This document shows, in pieces, positions 12,601 through 24,181 of a DNA stretch of 64,000 nucleotides. The number at the start of each line of letters is the position of its first letter. Position 1 is the first letter of the stretch. The stretch is from Balanoglossus misakiensis (Eukaryota > Animalia > Hemichordata). Where the stretch lies: assembly GCA_040954595.2 (NCBI GenBank), contig CM082586.2:1053630-1117629 (forward strand), written 5' to 3'. The notes under the pieces are model-generated. The model was given only the letters and a program-made list of their open reading frames with translations. It did not search any database and had not been told where the DNA came from. The translations under genes were made by a program, and so were the position numbers.

Positions 12601-15600
12601 AACTGCAACACATTCCTCATACCTTTCCAGAATAATTATGCCTGTCAGCGCGTTGTTTTTCTGCCTTGGACTTCATAACTATTTGGCATCACAACCTGCA
12701 GGAGACCCTCCCACCCGCCATGAGTGTTTCCTACTACGTCCTCTAAAGGCAAAAAAAATGTGTTACCAATCTAGCAATCAATGCATCATATTGTTGAACT
12801 GCAGCTGCACCATCTGCAAGACGCCGTGTTCTATTATTAGGAACCCCCAGAGGTCTTCTTGAGATCTCAGACGCAGACAAGTTAAAGAAATATCTCGGTA
12901 TCAAATTCAGTCTTAGCGAGGTGGGAGTTCTGCTTTTTCTCTGGTTCTCAGTGAGAGAGATTGTTTCTGTGTGTTGATGCCTACCACGGTTGTTTTCAGA
13001 ACTGCGAGGTCGCCTTCTGTTGCCTGCTGTGCATCTTGTCAAGAACTTGAACTTGATGTTCACACTGCTGACTGTTCTGTTATCAAATTGCCCGGATGTG
13101 GCGTCCTGACACCCGCAGTGAAATATAGCTCTCTATGGGGTGCTATCATAAACAGTTAGTCATGTTTTTCTAGACAGTCTGATAATCTCGTCAATTCATC
13201 ATAATTGGCCGCACAGCGCTTCTCATCCTGAACTATACACTGGTTGAATAAATCAGAAAAATTTATTTAGAGCCTAAGGGAAATATTCAAGACGATTTAT
13301 AGCTTTTACGAAATGCATGCGTGGAAATATTCCATATGTTAGCGTTATGGCCGAAGATTTTCCGAAGTCAATTCCCTATAAGGGAACCGAAAGTGTGAGG
13401 ATGACACCATTGCTGTCGGTCACTGGATGATTTATTTCCTCAAATGGATGTTATGTATGCACTGTATGTGCATGACATCACAATCCATATTTATTCCGAG
13501 AGATGTGGTAACAAGTGTTCTAAAAACTTAGATCGAGCAAATGACCTTGCTCACGTCAAGTGTACGTGGGGCATCAACAGAGAACACTTGAACGTACACT
13601 AATTCGAACAAGCCCTGGAATGAAATATCAAGTTGTATTTCACGCATCTTTTAATTCCAGTAATTTTCATCCACCGAGTAAACAGAGTGACCTCAGAGGC
13701 GACTCATTATGATCCTATAATGTTTCACGGTCCGACCTCTTAAATTGGAGATACTGTTACACCGTCCACATTTATAGTAATCTTGAGAGCTGTGAGACAG
13801 AACAGAACACTTAATTGTGTAAAGGTTAATATCGAAAGAGCTACCCATTCCCCTGGGTTTGTGTGACGACACCCTCGGGCGGAATTGGCCTAGCCCCCAC
13901 CCAAAGATAACTGTTGTAGGCGTCTACCGGGATCAGAGAATATGTGGATGGTTAAATTTCAGGTTTCTCACAGACTGTATAGACAATTATGTTTGTCTGT
14001 TATCGAGAATAGCATTTAGTCAATGAAGGTCCGTGTTAAATATCCTCAACTTTCATCAAATCAGAAGAGAAAAAAGTTGTAGTGATAACAGACACGCTTT
14101 AGATATGAAAAACATTTTACAGTTCACTGAATCCTGGTTAATAGCGCCACTCGCAACGCAGCCTGCGTTTCAAGTTTCCCAAAGCCATCCATTGGTGAAA
14201 AGGCGATGTATATGATATACACAGTGAGCGTTCGGGTCCAGTGAAATAAAACAGACACCGGGAACTCTGTTCGGCGTTGACGGATGCACTTCGACACCGA
14301 TCCCGTTGTTTGTGTATTCACCGCTACCATTCACCCGGTAAATTGTGACATCCTTGTACAATGATACTTTATTTCCATGAAAGTCGACAAAAAGAGATAA
14401 AGCTGGGGTCCATTACCCCAGTTATATGTAAGTCATTTTCCCGACATGACAAAACCATGGTGCTGAAGTGTATGGGTCATTCCCTCTTAGGGTAATGAAC
14501 TTAAACTGCCGGGGTTACCATACCTGCTGATTTTTCCAATAAACCACAGACCCTTCATTCAGTACATATGGTATACAAACTGCAACACGATACATAATGC
14601 ATTAGAAAATGGTTAACTCTGTCTGGGAAGAATTGGTGAAGTTGAAGGCCACTAAATGCTTTGCTGAAGGCCTTGGATGACCTTGGTTACTGTGCGTTGG
14701 AGGGGGTGGCAAGTTCCAAAGGACATCTGCTTTCCCCTCCCCATCAGCGTGGGGTCCTAATGTGCAGAGCAGATGTTCTGTATGTGTGACTGTACAGTAC
14801 ATGTCAGATTCATTTTGCCACCACATTTAATCATTTAAAATATGGTTTACTCAGCTATGTAGTCCATTTCTTCGTCAATCTTACACACTGGGTATGGAGA
14901 CCCGGCTAAACATATGAATACGGGTCAACAGGAAATGTTTGAAGTCCGGTAGATAGGTTGGGAATCCTGAACACAAGTTCAGAGACTGCAGACATTCACA
15001 AAAGAGTTAAGTGGACTGAGACTGTAATATCTGAATAACTGATATTGATATGACCGCCTTTGCTGACTCATAGCATCACATATGCTGCCTATTTAGTGAA
15101 CCGCAAAATCACCACGCATCGCTGTCATCCCGCATCGTATCTTCATTCGTCACCAGTTGTGGCATGCCAACACGAGCGCCCAACTTTGTTGATGTTCTTA
15201 TGACTTCCTGCAAAGGGTGTCACCGCAAATCGGGGACGGGGAAGAGGAATTCAAGCTAAACCAAAAGTGAAAAGTATAACACCCTGCTGTGCGTCTAATA
15301 TTCAAATAATTTGACTGCCTATTTCTCCGTCCATAGCTTTCAAACGAGACTTACAAGGATATTTTGATTCAATCATTACGGACAGACGGAGAAATCGATC
15401 TCTTGCAAAACAGGTTTCTATCCTTAGACGCTTCGGAAGATCAGAAATAAAAATGACCCAAGGAACAGAAATAATCCCGGTCGAAGAATGTTAAGAGTGT
15501 GTATTTATGCCGGTAATTATGAAGTATCGGAATGCAAAAACAAGTCATCTAAGTCGGGGGTTTGATTTCAACAAAAATTCAAACCACATTTTCCTCCTTT

Positions 15601-18041
15601 TCAAGCCAAATGTCAACAGCTTAAAATGCAGACCTGTTTTCAAAAATGATCGAAACCCACCTCTGTGGGTACCTTAACCAATTAAACAGAGGAAATTCAA
15701 TCATGTTTTTCAACCTTGTGAGCATTTTACCGAGATTTTCTCCTCATAGTTACTGGTTACTTGATACAGTTAAGTCTTCAGAATAACGCGGAGGAAATCA
15801 TCTATTTTTATTGCATTCATGGCTTCTGGCAAATCGCGAATGTAGTCTGTAATTAGAGAGTTACAGGGTGCGTTCAATCGATGCAATTATATTTACCCCA
15901 AGCCCTAATTCCATCAGAAGTAAATTTAGAACATTACGCGGGAAGACTGGATGAAATATTTACCAGTTTGACCTTAGATGACTCGACTTCGGCGAACAGA
16001 GTCGCGATGTTGAATTACTGCCAGTGTATATCATATACTTTTATGGGCGTTGCTCCGGGCGGTTGATATATCCATTATCAATGGCGGACGCAAAGATCCC
16101 GGCCGCTGATTGGTCGGTTCCAGAGGGTATCCGCGAATTATAAATGCGCAGAGCCCGATTGCTGATGTCATAAATGTGGCCCACAAGTTAGGAAGTGTCT
16201 CTAACACGCTGATTACATTATATCTGATACCATCTGTGTAGTAGGGAACACGTCTTTTTAGCTCTTGGTCGTTTCTTTTGGGTTCTTGCGATTTGAAGAG
16301 GTGAATTTTGACAACATGGAGGTAAGGCTCAATCCACAACTGACTCGGTCATCATTTCAGCCATTTATCAGCTGTCATCACACTTTCATATTTCTGCTAA
16401 TTATACTCATTGTCATGTGAAACGGTAGAGTGACCCACATTTTTTACACATTCGGCAAATTCCAACGCCATTGTTTCCCATGGTGGTACTGACACTAAAT
16501 TTGGAGTTTTACAGGTTGGATTGTGTTTGTCTACTGTGCAATTACAAACCACTACATATTGTGTGGTGAGAACATACTTAAACGTAGACTAGATAACTTG
16601 CAAGTGGTATAGGAATAATTTACTCGTGGGACTGGGATATTAAGAAAAAAAACATAACAAATTAACCAGCTGTTGTCTTGTTTTTCATCGAGATACTTTC
16701 TCATTCCTTCTCCTCTCTCGATTATCACAAGTACATGTACTTCAGCTTAGCGAATGTAGTACGTACGGTCCAGTATTCTAACTTTCAGATGTACCGTCTT
16801 TCGACGGATAGTCCACCCTGTAACGCGTGACCGTGAGACCGATATTATTTGTGGCGTAGTAACGTCTCCCATGGGAGAAATTTGTCTGCGTCCCGACGGG
16901 CTATATTGGTATATCATGCCACGTTTTGACCCATTTCGGAATACAGCCTTGGCGGGAGTTGAGCCGTCTGGAAATGTTGACTTGTAAATGTTGCTGACGA
17001 TAGAAATGTAAACATGTCAGTCAGCCAGTTGCTGTCAAAATATTAGCGCTTGTTCACCGTACTGCAATGACAGTAGTGAACTGAAACGAACTTGAAGGAC
17101 GGTGAAAGAAAGCGAAGGACAGCTTTATCTCAGTCACATAAAAAAATTCTATCGCCGCGTGCGAAATGATCTGGAGTCATCTGAAATACGACGAATATTT
17201 TACCTATTTCATAAAATAATTGTATTTTGCGAACTTCCCTTTTTAAAATATCATATTTCATTTTCATAAAATTATGACGACTATTGTATCAAACTTAATT
17301 TTAATGGTGTTGGGCATGAACCGTTTTAATACTAAAATAGATATAACTCATCCCCATAAACTACTGTGACGCATTCAAATGTTCTGTTCTCATCGCATGT
17401 TCCCCCGCGAAAGTCTCTTTTTATTGATGGTTATTTTAGACAGTCGTAAATATTATGTCTATTACAGGGTGATATATGTATGAAATTAGTCAGTGACCTG
17501 TAGCCTTTTGATAGCAGCAATGACTTGGTCAAACCTCTGGGCAGATGCCACGGCACGCGTCGTAAAACCACGTGAGGAGGACATCAATCTTCACACTTCA
17601 CGTCCAGTTAAGGGAGTTGTTAGTAAGTTGGTTTGATTGGTCAATGGGTGGGAGGGTCTTATTAATATTGACGTGTGACGGGCGTGTCTGGTGTTGGGCA
17701 GGATCTGTTCACTCTTTTCGGAATACCACTTGCTGTAGTTCAGTTGATTTTCACAAAGTTTTAATCATACTTTAGCAACCAATGCCTCTCGAATGTGTTT
17801 TGTTTCAGCCATTTGATTGTACAGGTCAATCCAATTGTGCACTTGCATGTATTTTAGCAGGTATCCTTGGACAGATAAACTTACAGGGTAACAGGAGACG
17901 AGTATTCTGAAATCGAGAGACGTCATTTACAATATAGACGTCCCACAAAATATGCGCAGAGTGATTCATACTCGTCTGATGTTTCATAAATCCGATCTGA
18001 CCCAATGACCTTGTGAAGTATTCAGATCCCTTCGGAAAACA

Positions 18042-18076
18042 GTTGTTGCTGTTGGTGTTGTTGTTGTTGTTGTTGT
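18042..18076. repeat. (GTT)n microsatellite, imperfect
   Basis: gttgttgctgttggtgttgttgttgttgttgttgtt. Confidence 0.8.
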
Positions 18077-18359
18077 TTTATAAATAAGGGGTGGACAAAT
18101 GGTCGTAGCATATCATTCAAGGTTTCAGAATCACAATACATGTACCAGTACATGTATACCTTTCAACCGTGAAGCACACGGAAATGTACTGAGTGTATAT
18201 GCTCTTGTGAAGGGATATAAGCTGGTGGTCGTTCTTTTTATTTTACGACACCAATTTATTCATTCAGAATTTATGAAGTACGCCACGGAGACACTGTTTC
18301 CCATAAGTCACGAAATGTTTATTTTCTTTCTCAATGAACTCTTGCAGCCGCGGTGGTAT

Positions 18360-21300
18360 ATGCTCATCGGGGCACGCACCCTCGCCCTTGTGTTGGCTCT
18401 CGCCCTTCAAGTGGCCGGCCTGGTGACGTCACCTCCGACCGCATGTCCACCAGAGAAGTGCCCGGATGGGAAACACTGTTGGAGTCAGCCAAGGAATGAG
18501 GTTCGCATCGGATGGGGGTACAGGAATTTCGGTGTGTGTCTTTCTGAAGAGAACTGTGGACTTGCTACAGAACCTGACGGGGTCGATTTTACATATCAGA
18601 TGAATCCGGTCATTGTACAAGATGACGAAACGTGAGTATTGTTGTTACCGAGACGTCATCCACAATAGTTTCCGTTTCATATAAATCAAAAACAAAGAAA
18701 TGTGATACGGTAAAATTATCGTGGGAAAATAGATCCCGTTTACTGACTCGTGGTGTCATGGAGTATAATGTTAATTTTTGCACTGCTGTCCAGCTGGTGT
18801 AATCACACCACACTTCTCCACTGTGAACTAATGTTGAGAATGTCCCAAAGAGCGCATGCTCATTAAACGACGTAATATTGCATTGTGGCCTCGTTATCGT
18901 GACTCACGCCAGGTCACCGAGTTCTCCCACAAAACAATTCTGACACTTGATCCTTGCATCTTAAATTTTCCCCTGAGCATTCGAAAAAGCCTTTCAATTA
19001 TTGGCATAAACAGATGGCCGTGTCGATGTACTTAAAACTATCTGTATCATAAATATTTGCCTACACAATCTCATAAAACTGTCTTAAAAATGATGCTTCT
19101 TTCGCCTGTTTGTTACGGACGGTTACACCCATCCTTGTACAACTTCATATTGTAGCTCCAATTTGGTATACGCTAATGTAGTTGTGGAAGCAACTATATT
19201 AGCAATACAAGGGCTCTCAAGGAATTTGTGGCTTGACATTAGATCATTCAAAACTGGCATGCAGTCTGTATAATAATAGCTAGTACAGTTGCAAAGAAAT
19301 AAAATAATTATTGAGCAGGGCTGCGATATTTTAGTAACCCCCTTACCGTTTTCTTGTCTCTTTCTAGGGTGGTCTTCCATTCCATAGAAGAAGATTTATT
19401 TTTGAATCCACATGCGGTTTCAAAACAGACATTCGAGAATTGTAAACCGCTGTACGGGCTCCCCCTTGTTGATAACCCCACACGGGAGGATATTCCCGTC
19501 ACTTTGAATCTGGGAGCCAACTATTTCATTCACAAGGGTCGAAACAACAGCGTTTATGCCTGCGACTTCGGTTTAAAGGTTAAGATTATCCGTAAAAGTC
19601 ACAACTGCGGAGAGCTTGGACCAGATGGGTTGTGCAGCGGTCACGGGTACTGTGTCTCTGATCCGGAGGAGACATACAGCGACTGCACGTGCTGTGAAGG
19701 GTACGAGGGACAACACTGCGATCACTCCTATCGCACGTGTGCAAATTTCGTTTGTCAAAATGGCGGCTCCTGCCAGTCACATGACGGATCTGTCCGTTGC
19801 CTGTGTCCCCCAGGGTACACTGGGGAGGCCTGTGAACGATTGCTGCCAACGGAAAACAGCGTTAAAACTACTGTGCCCACAACCGCGAAGATGAATTCTG
19901 GTTTGCCAAAGGAGATAAAGGACTCCTTGCATTGGATACAGATACAATTGTACTTACCTGATCTCAATTGTCTCTGGTGGGAGGTAAGACTTGCCTTTTC
20001 CAGATGGCGTAACTGTTCTTTTGGGATTTGAATAAGCATTGTGGATAAGTTTGGTTCTTTATAACGAATTTGGCAATCACGGACAACCATTCGGAGGAGA
20101 GGGGTTGGTTGGTTAGTTGGTTGGCTGGTTTGTTGGTTGATTGGTTGGTTGGCCTCATGCCATCCATTTGGCAAAGCCTGTGAGTATGCATAAAGACGTC
20201 ATCTATCTCTCTTGCAGACAAATGATACTTTACATGATGCTGTGATGGAAGAGATATACGGATCAGTTAGAGATAATCTTTTACCTTCTGCTCTTGGACA
20301 TTGCTTCTCACGTGGAGCCCACTATGGTTTCGGGGATGACGAATCTACACTAGACTGTTACGGAGAGGGAGATGGAGCATTATTTAAGTAAGTTTCCAAA
20401 GTCAGACCTTGCTGGCACAGAACGGTCATTGTCAACCATACAGCAATGGTGTGATTTGAGATTTGGGAGTAGATTTGGTTTGTAACACTGAGTAAATGTG
20501 ACGTACGGAATCCATTATTTTACAGAGTTGGTATAGCATCTCCTAAGTCATCGTCCAAGACAACGGCGGAATTGCTCTGCATCATGTCCTACTATCTTAG
20601 AAACAACACGATAACATTCGATGTGTTCGAGATGTCGTTTATTGTGGCGTCCGATTTCCCTCTTTCTGTTCTGAGCACGAGTGCGCTGGACTGTGATGAC
20701 ATCGAGGTTTTTACCAGATTGTGTGTCGTCAACGAAACCAGCGGCAAGGAAAGTGAGTATAGCACCTGGACTCTGGCAACTGGCCATACATCCTTTTAAT
20801 AAGTCTAGCCATGCAAGTCTAGTTGTTAATCTGTTTAGCTCTATCCTGGTTTCATAACATGTTTTTATTATGCAGAAACTTCACTGGACGGAAATGTTGG
20901 AGTGACGACGAATTCCTCCTACATCCCTAAAGAGGGTGCTGTATCTTCCAAGTACAACAGAATGCCCTTGCTGTATCTGATTCTCTGCATAATGATCCCG
21001 ATATGTCTGCTATTGATGATCATCATGGCAGTTGGACTTATCGTCTATAAGAAGAAATACACAAAGAGTTACACGTAAGTCAGTAAGTTTTCACCGTTCT
21101 TGGTTCTCAATGGACATCAGTGTTCGGATTTGTTCTTTGAAATATACTTATTATGAATATGAGGGACAAATGTTGAAGCGCCTGCTGCTATTTTTTTCTT
21201 TGCTTTGTTTCCATGGCATTTAGATTTAAAGATAACATCAAGATGGCGAAACTTGGCAAACTGGAAGGGCGACCTCGCTCGATGGACGTGGAGACAGAAC

Positions 21301-21638
21301 TGTCACGCAAGAAGTACTTGTATGGGGGTCCTCCCAGTCCTGTTAGAGACGACGAGTTCGAACGACAGAGGAACGCCAGCGGCAGTAGTACCATCCCCGT
21401 GCCAGACAACGAGGTCGAATTCAGACCGGCGCGGACGCGGGTCGACTCCGGAACCAGCACGATACGGTCGAAAGGCTCCGATGTCAGGAGAATCTCTGAT
21501 GACTGTGTGCGAATTATCACCGTCAAACCGACAGAGGGCGCCAACGGGGAAGCCCACGGATTCGAAAACAAGGCGTTTCAATACATGGACGATAACCAGA
21601 GTGCGGACAGTGCTATAGAAGACAGTCAGTCTGTATGA
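18360..21638 (+). CDS. Type I membrane protein: signal peptide, EYS-N-terminal-like (cupredoxin/ephrin-like) domain, 2 EGF repeats, Cys-containing juxtamembrane domain, TM and cytoplasmic tail; ~632 aa
   Basis: Exons 18360..18631, 19368..19983, 20218..20387, 20526..20752, 20876..21074, 21224..21638, with GT-AG introns and consistent phases (2,0,2,1,2). Signal peptide MLIGARTLALVLALALQVAGLVTS. EGF repeats CSGHGYC..CTCCEGYEGQHC and CQNGGSC..CLCPPGYTGEAC. TM LLYLILCIMIPICLLLMIIMAVGLIVY followed by KKK. Overlapping AATAAA signals near 22158. Confidence 0.85.
20103..20152. repeat. (GGTT)n tetranucleotide microsatellite, imperfect, intronic
   Basis: ggttggttggttagttggttggctggtttgttggttgattggttggttgg. 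Confidence 0.8.
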
Positions 21639-22490
21639 GTCCAAAGCAATCCGCAATGAAATATTTTCATGTTTTCTGAGCGTATGATTCAAGGGAAAGA
21701 GACTTCTAGAACACGGGACATCATAACGCGCAGCCGCAGATCTACCATGTGTACCATCTCATGCTGTCGTGCGGCCATTTTGAAAAACCTATGAACCCAG
21801 GAACAAGCCTATCTCACATAACTAGAATTTCGTTCGCGGCTTGATTTTATCTTAAAGCACTTACAAGACGATTTCATGCTTAAAAGTTCCTGACACTGAT
21901 AATTTATTTCCCCAGCCATATGTGTATATTCTGTCAGATACTGTGTATATGTTTGCAACTTTTTCCTGTCTTTATTGCTTTTTGATAAGAACTGTGTAAG
22001 ACTATTGTCCAGCCGGTTGTTGTGGGGTGTATTTATACAAAATGACATCGTAGACTTGCTCTTATTTCACTCGTTCACTGCAGATTCACATTCGAAACAA
22101 GTTTAACAGAAAGCAGAGAGAGGACAATATTTAGTGGCTTGAGGACGGTTTCCTGTTAATAAATAAACACTTTTTTATAGCTGAGCTTTAAAAATAATCT
22201 TTGTGGTGTTCATTTGATACTGACCTCATAGCTGCACGCGTTGTCGTGAACGTGACTGTTCTGTATGTGTAGCGTCAGTGGTGGCACTGTTCAAACAAGC
22301 TCATCCGGTTATAGGTGTATATGACCGGATTACAGGTAGCTTGGCGACGCAAAATTTAATTCATAACTTATTTTGACATACCATCACCATAGCATTTGTT
22401 GAAAGGCACCTTCATACCACTGTAATATTTGCTACAGGCGAAAGTCAGAAACAGACGACGCTCACCAAAGGTTCCTTTTACAAACTTTAG

Positions 22491-23599
22491 ATGGCATCCC
22501 ATTACTTAGCATTCACGACGTTTTTATGTGGTAAGTAACTCTGGGAAAATTGCCTCAATGTATGAGTATTGTATTATTTATGATTTGAAACGTACCACCA
22601 ATGTCTACGTTCACTGATTTCGCATTATGTAGGAAGAATGTACTGACCATCGTTTTTTCGTTCAAGAGTCAAAAAGAAACACTTTTGATTTTTTTCTGCA
22701 TTTAAGGCGAACATGAACAATCATGTTTATGTGTCGGTGTGGTCTAGACCTGAACAAAACACAATCACTTTTCTCACGGCTACAGGTGTCTTTGCGCGCT
22801 TCCTGAAATACTAGACTAAATTTCCCCCCGTAGTATTTTCAGGCCCAGTGTTCTGTTTGACCTGCTTTCGTTGCTATGATTACATTGGCGATGACTTCTG
22901 CCGGAGAAATTACCCCAGCGCCTGGCAGCAAGATCCGTGTCCGCCCGATACTGGTAGTTGTTCGGTGAGTCACTCAACAAAAAATGTGTTCTGTCTTACC
23001 GTCTGCCTGTTAGACTATGACTATATTGCTTGTCGGTTAACATTTAATATATAATACACAAAAGGCTAAAACTTTTATTGATGTCCTGCCTTACAGGCTT
23101 CATATCGGACTCACAACTCAACAATAGTGTCATTCAGCCGCGGATGCCGTCCAACCGATAGTTGCACAGAGGGTTGTTTCATGGACTACAACCGAAGTAG
23201 GTCTTTTTCTGTTCTGGGTGAACTTCGTGTATAGAAGAGATATGGTTATAGGAACGCGAGATTTTACCATTTGTGGTAAAACATAGGCTAGAGAAAAGAT
23301 ACAGCTAACGGGGCTTTAATACCACGCCTTGTTGTGATAAACCCAGGTGGTTGATCGTTTTTTGTCTTCCGTTCAGCAAACAATGAATGATGTGTGCTTG
23401 AAGGCCACATACGTGGGAAAATGCCACGGGGGTCAAAGTTATAATTATACGTGTGTCGTTATTTGCAGATATAATGGAATGTATGACCTGCTGTGACTGG
23501 GATTTCTGTAATATGGGAAGTGTGTCAGGAACTGGTGACGTGGTCTTGCTACAGGCGCTGCTGTCTGTGCCAATTCTGACAATCTGGTGGAATTGGTAA
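22491..23599 (+). CDS. Ly6/uPAR (LU, three-finger) domain protein with predicted GPI anchor, ~133 aa
   Basis: Exons 22491..22530, 22834..22964, 23097..23196, 23469..23599 (phases 1,0,1). Signal peptide followed by LTCFRC, internal SRGC, the family-defining CCDWDFCN, then a small-residue spacer and hydrophobic C-terminus (VVLLQALLSVPILTIWWNW*). AATAAA at about 23816. Confidence 0.88.
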
Positions 23600-24181
23600 A
23601 CTCCAGCGCCCCCAGGAGACGCGATTTGACGGACTATAACCATGACGGGCAGCTGCCAATCGCACGTGTCGGCTGAGGCTTTTGGAGCAAAACTCAGATC
23701 AGCTCAACAGTCCTACATATGCCACTGATTCCCTCCCCCCCCCACTACCCCTCCCCAATAAGCATTGGTCCTCAGTCTGAACAAGTGGTAAATTTGAAGT
23801 TGGCCAAAAGTTTCAAATAAAGCTCAACGACATTATCATGCTTAAAAAAGACTTCAAGGTTTTTGTATCAATTGTATTATTTTAGAACTTAAGTTTCAAC
23901 TGCATGTCCAGAAATCGTCCAAGATAATTAGGACTTCATTACAGTGGCAATGATTACGTATAGATTGTAGTAATTGAGCAAATGATTGACAGAAAAAAAC
24001 ACTTCTTTTCATCTTATGAATACCTCGTTTTACAAACCCGACTATAATACCTCTACGTAACTCTCACCTTTGCATCCAAAAATGCATGAAAAGGCGGTTC
24101 AATACATGTCCTTTTTCGCGGATTAAGGTATTATTATTTAAATGTGACAAGTCGATCCCGTGAAGTCAGTGGAACGTCAAC

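Noticed and set aside
12347-12767. Minus-strand exon-like segments with plausible splice sites (12347..12408, 12623..12742)
   Set aside because: Stops in all three frames. They could be UTR or lncRNA exons, but this cannot be supported without RNA data.
21624-21638. C-terminal SQSV as a class I PDZ ligand
   Set aside because: The -2 residue is Gln rather than Ser/Thr, so it does not fit the consensus.
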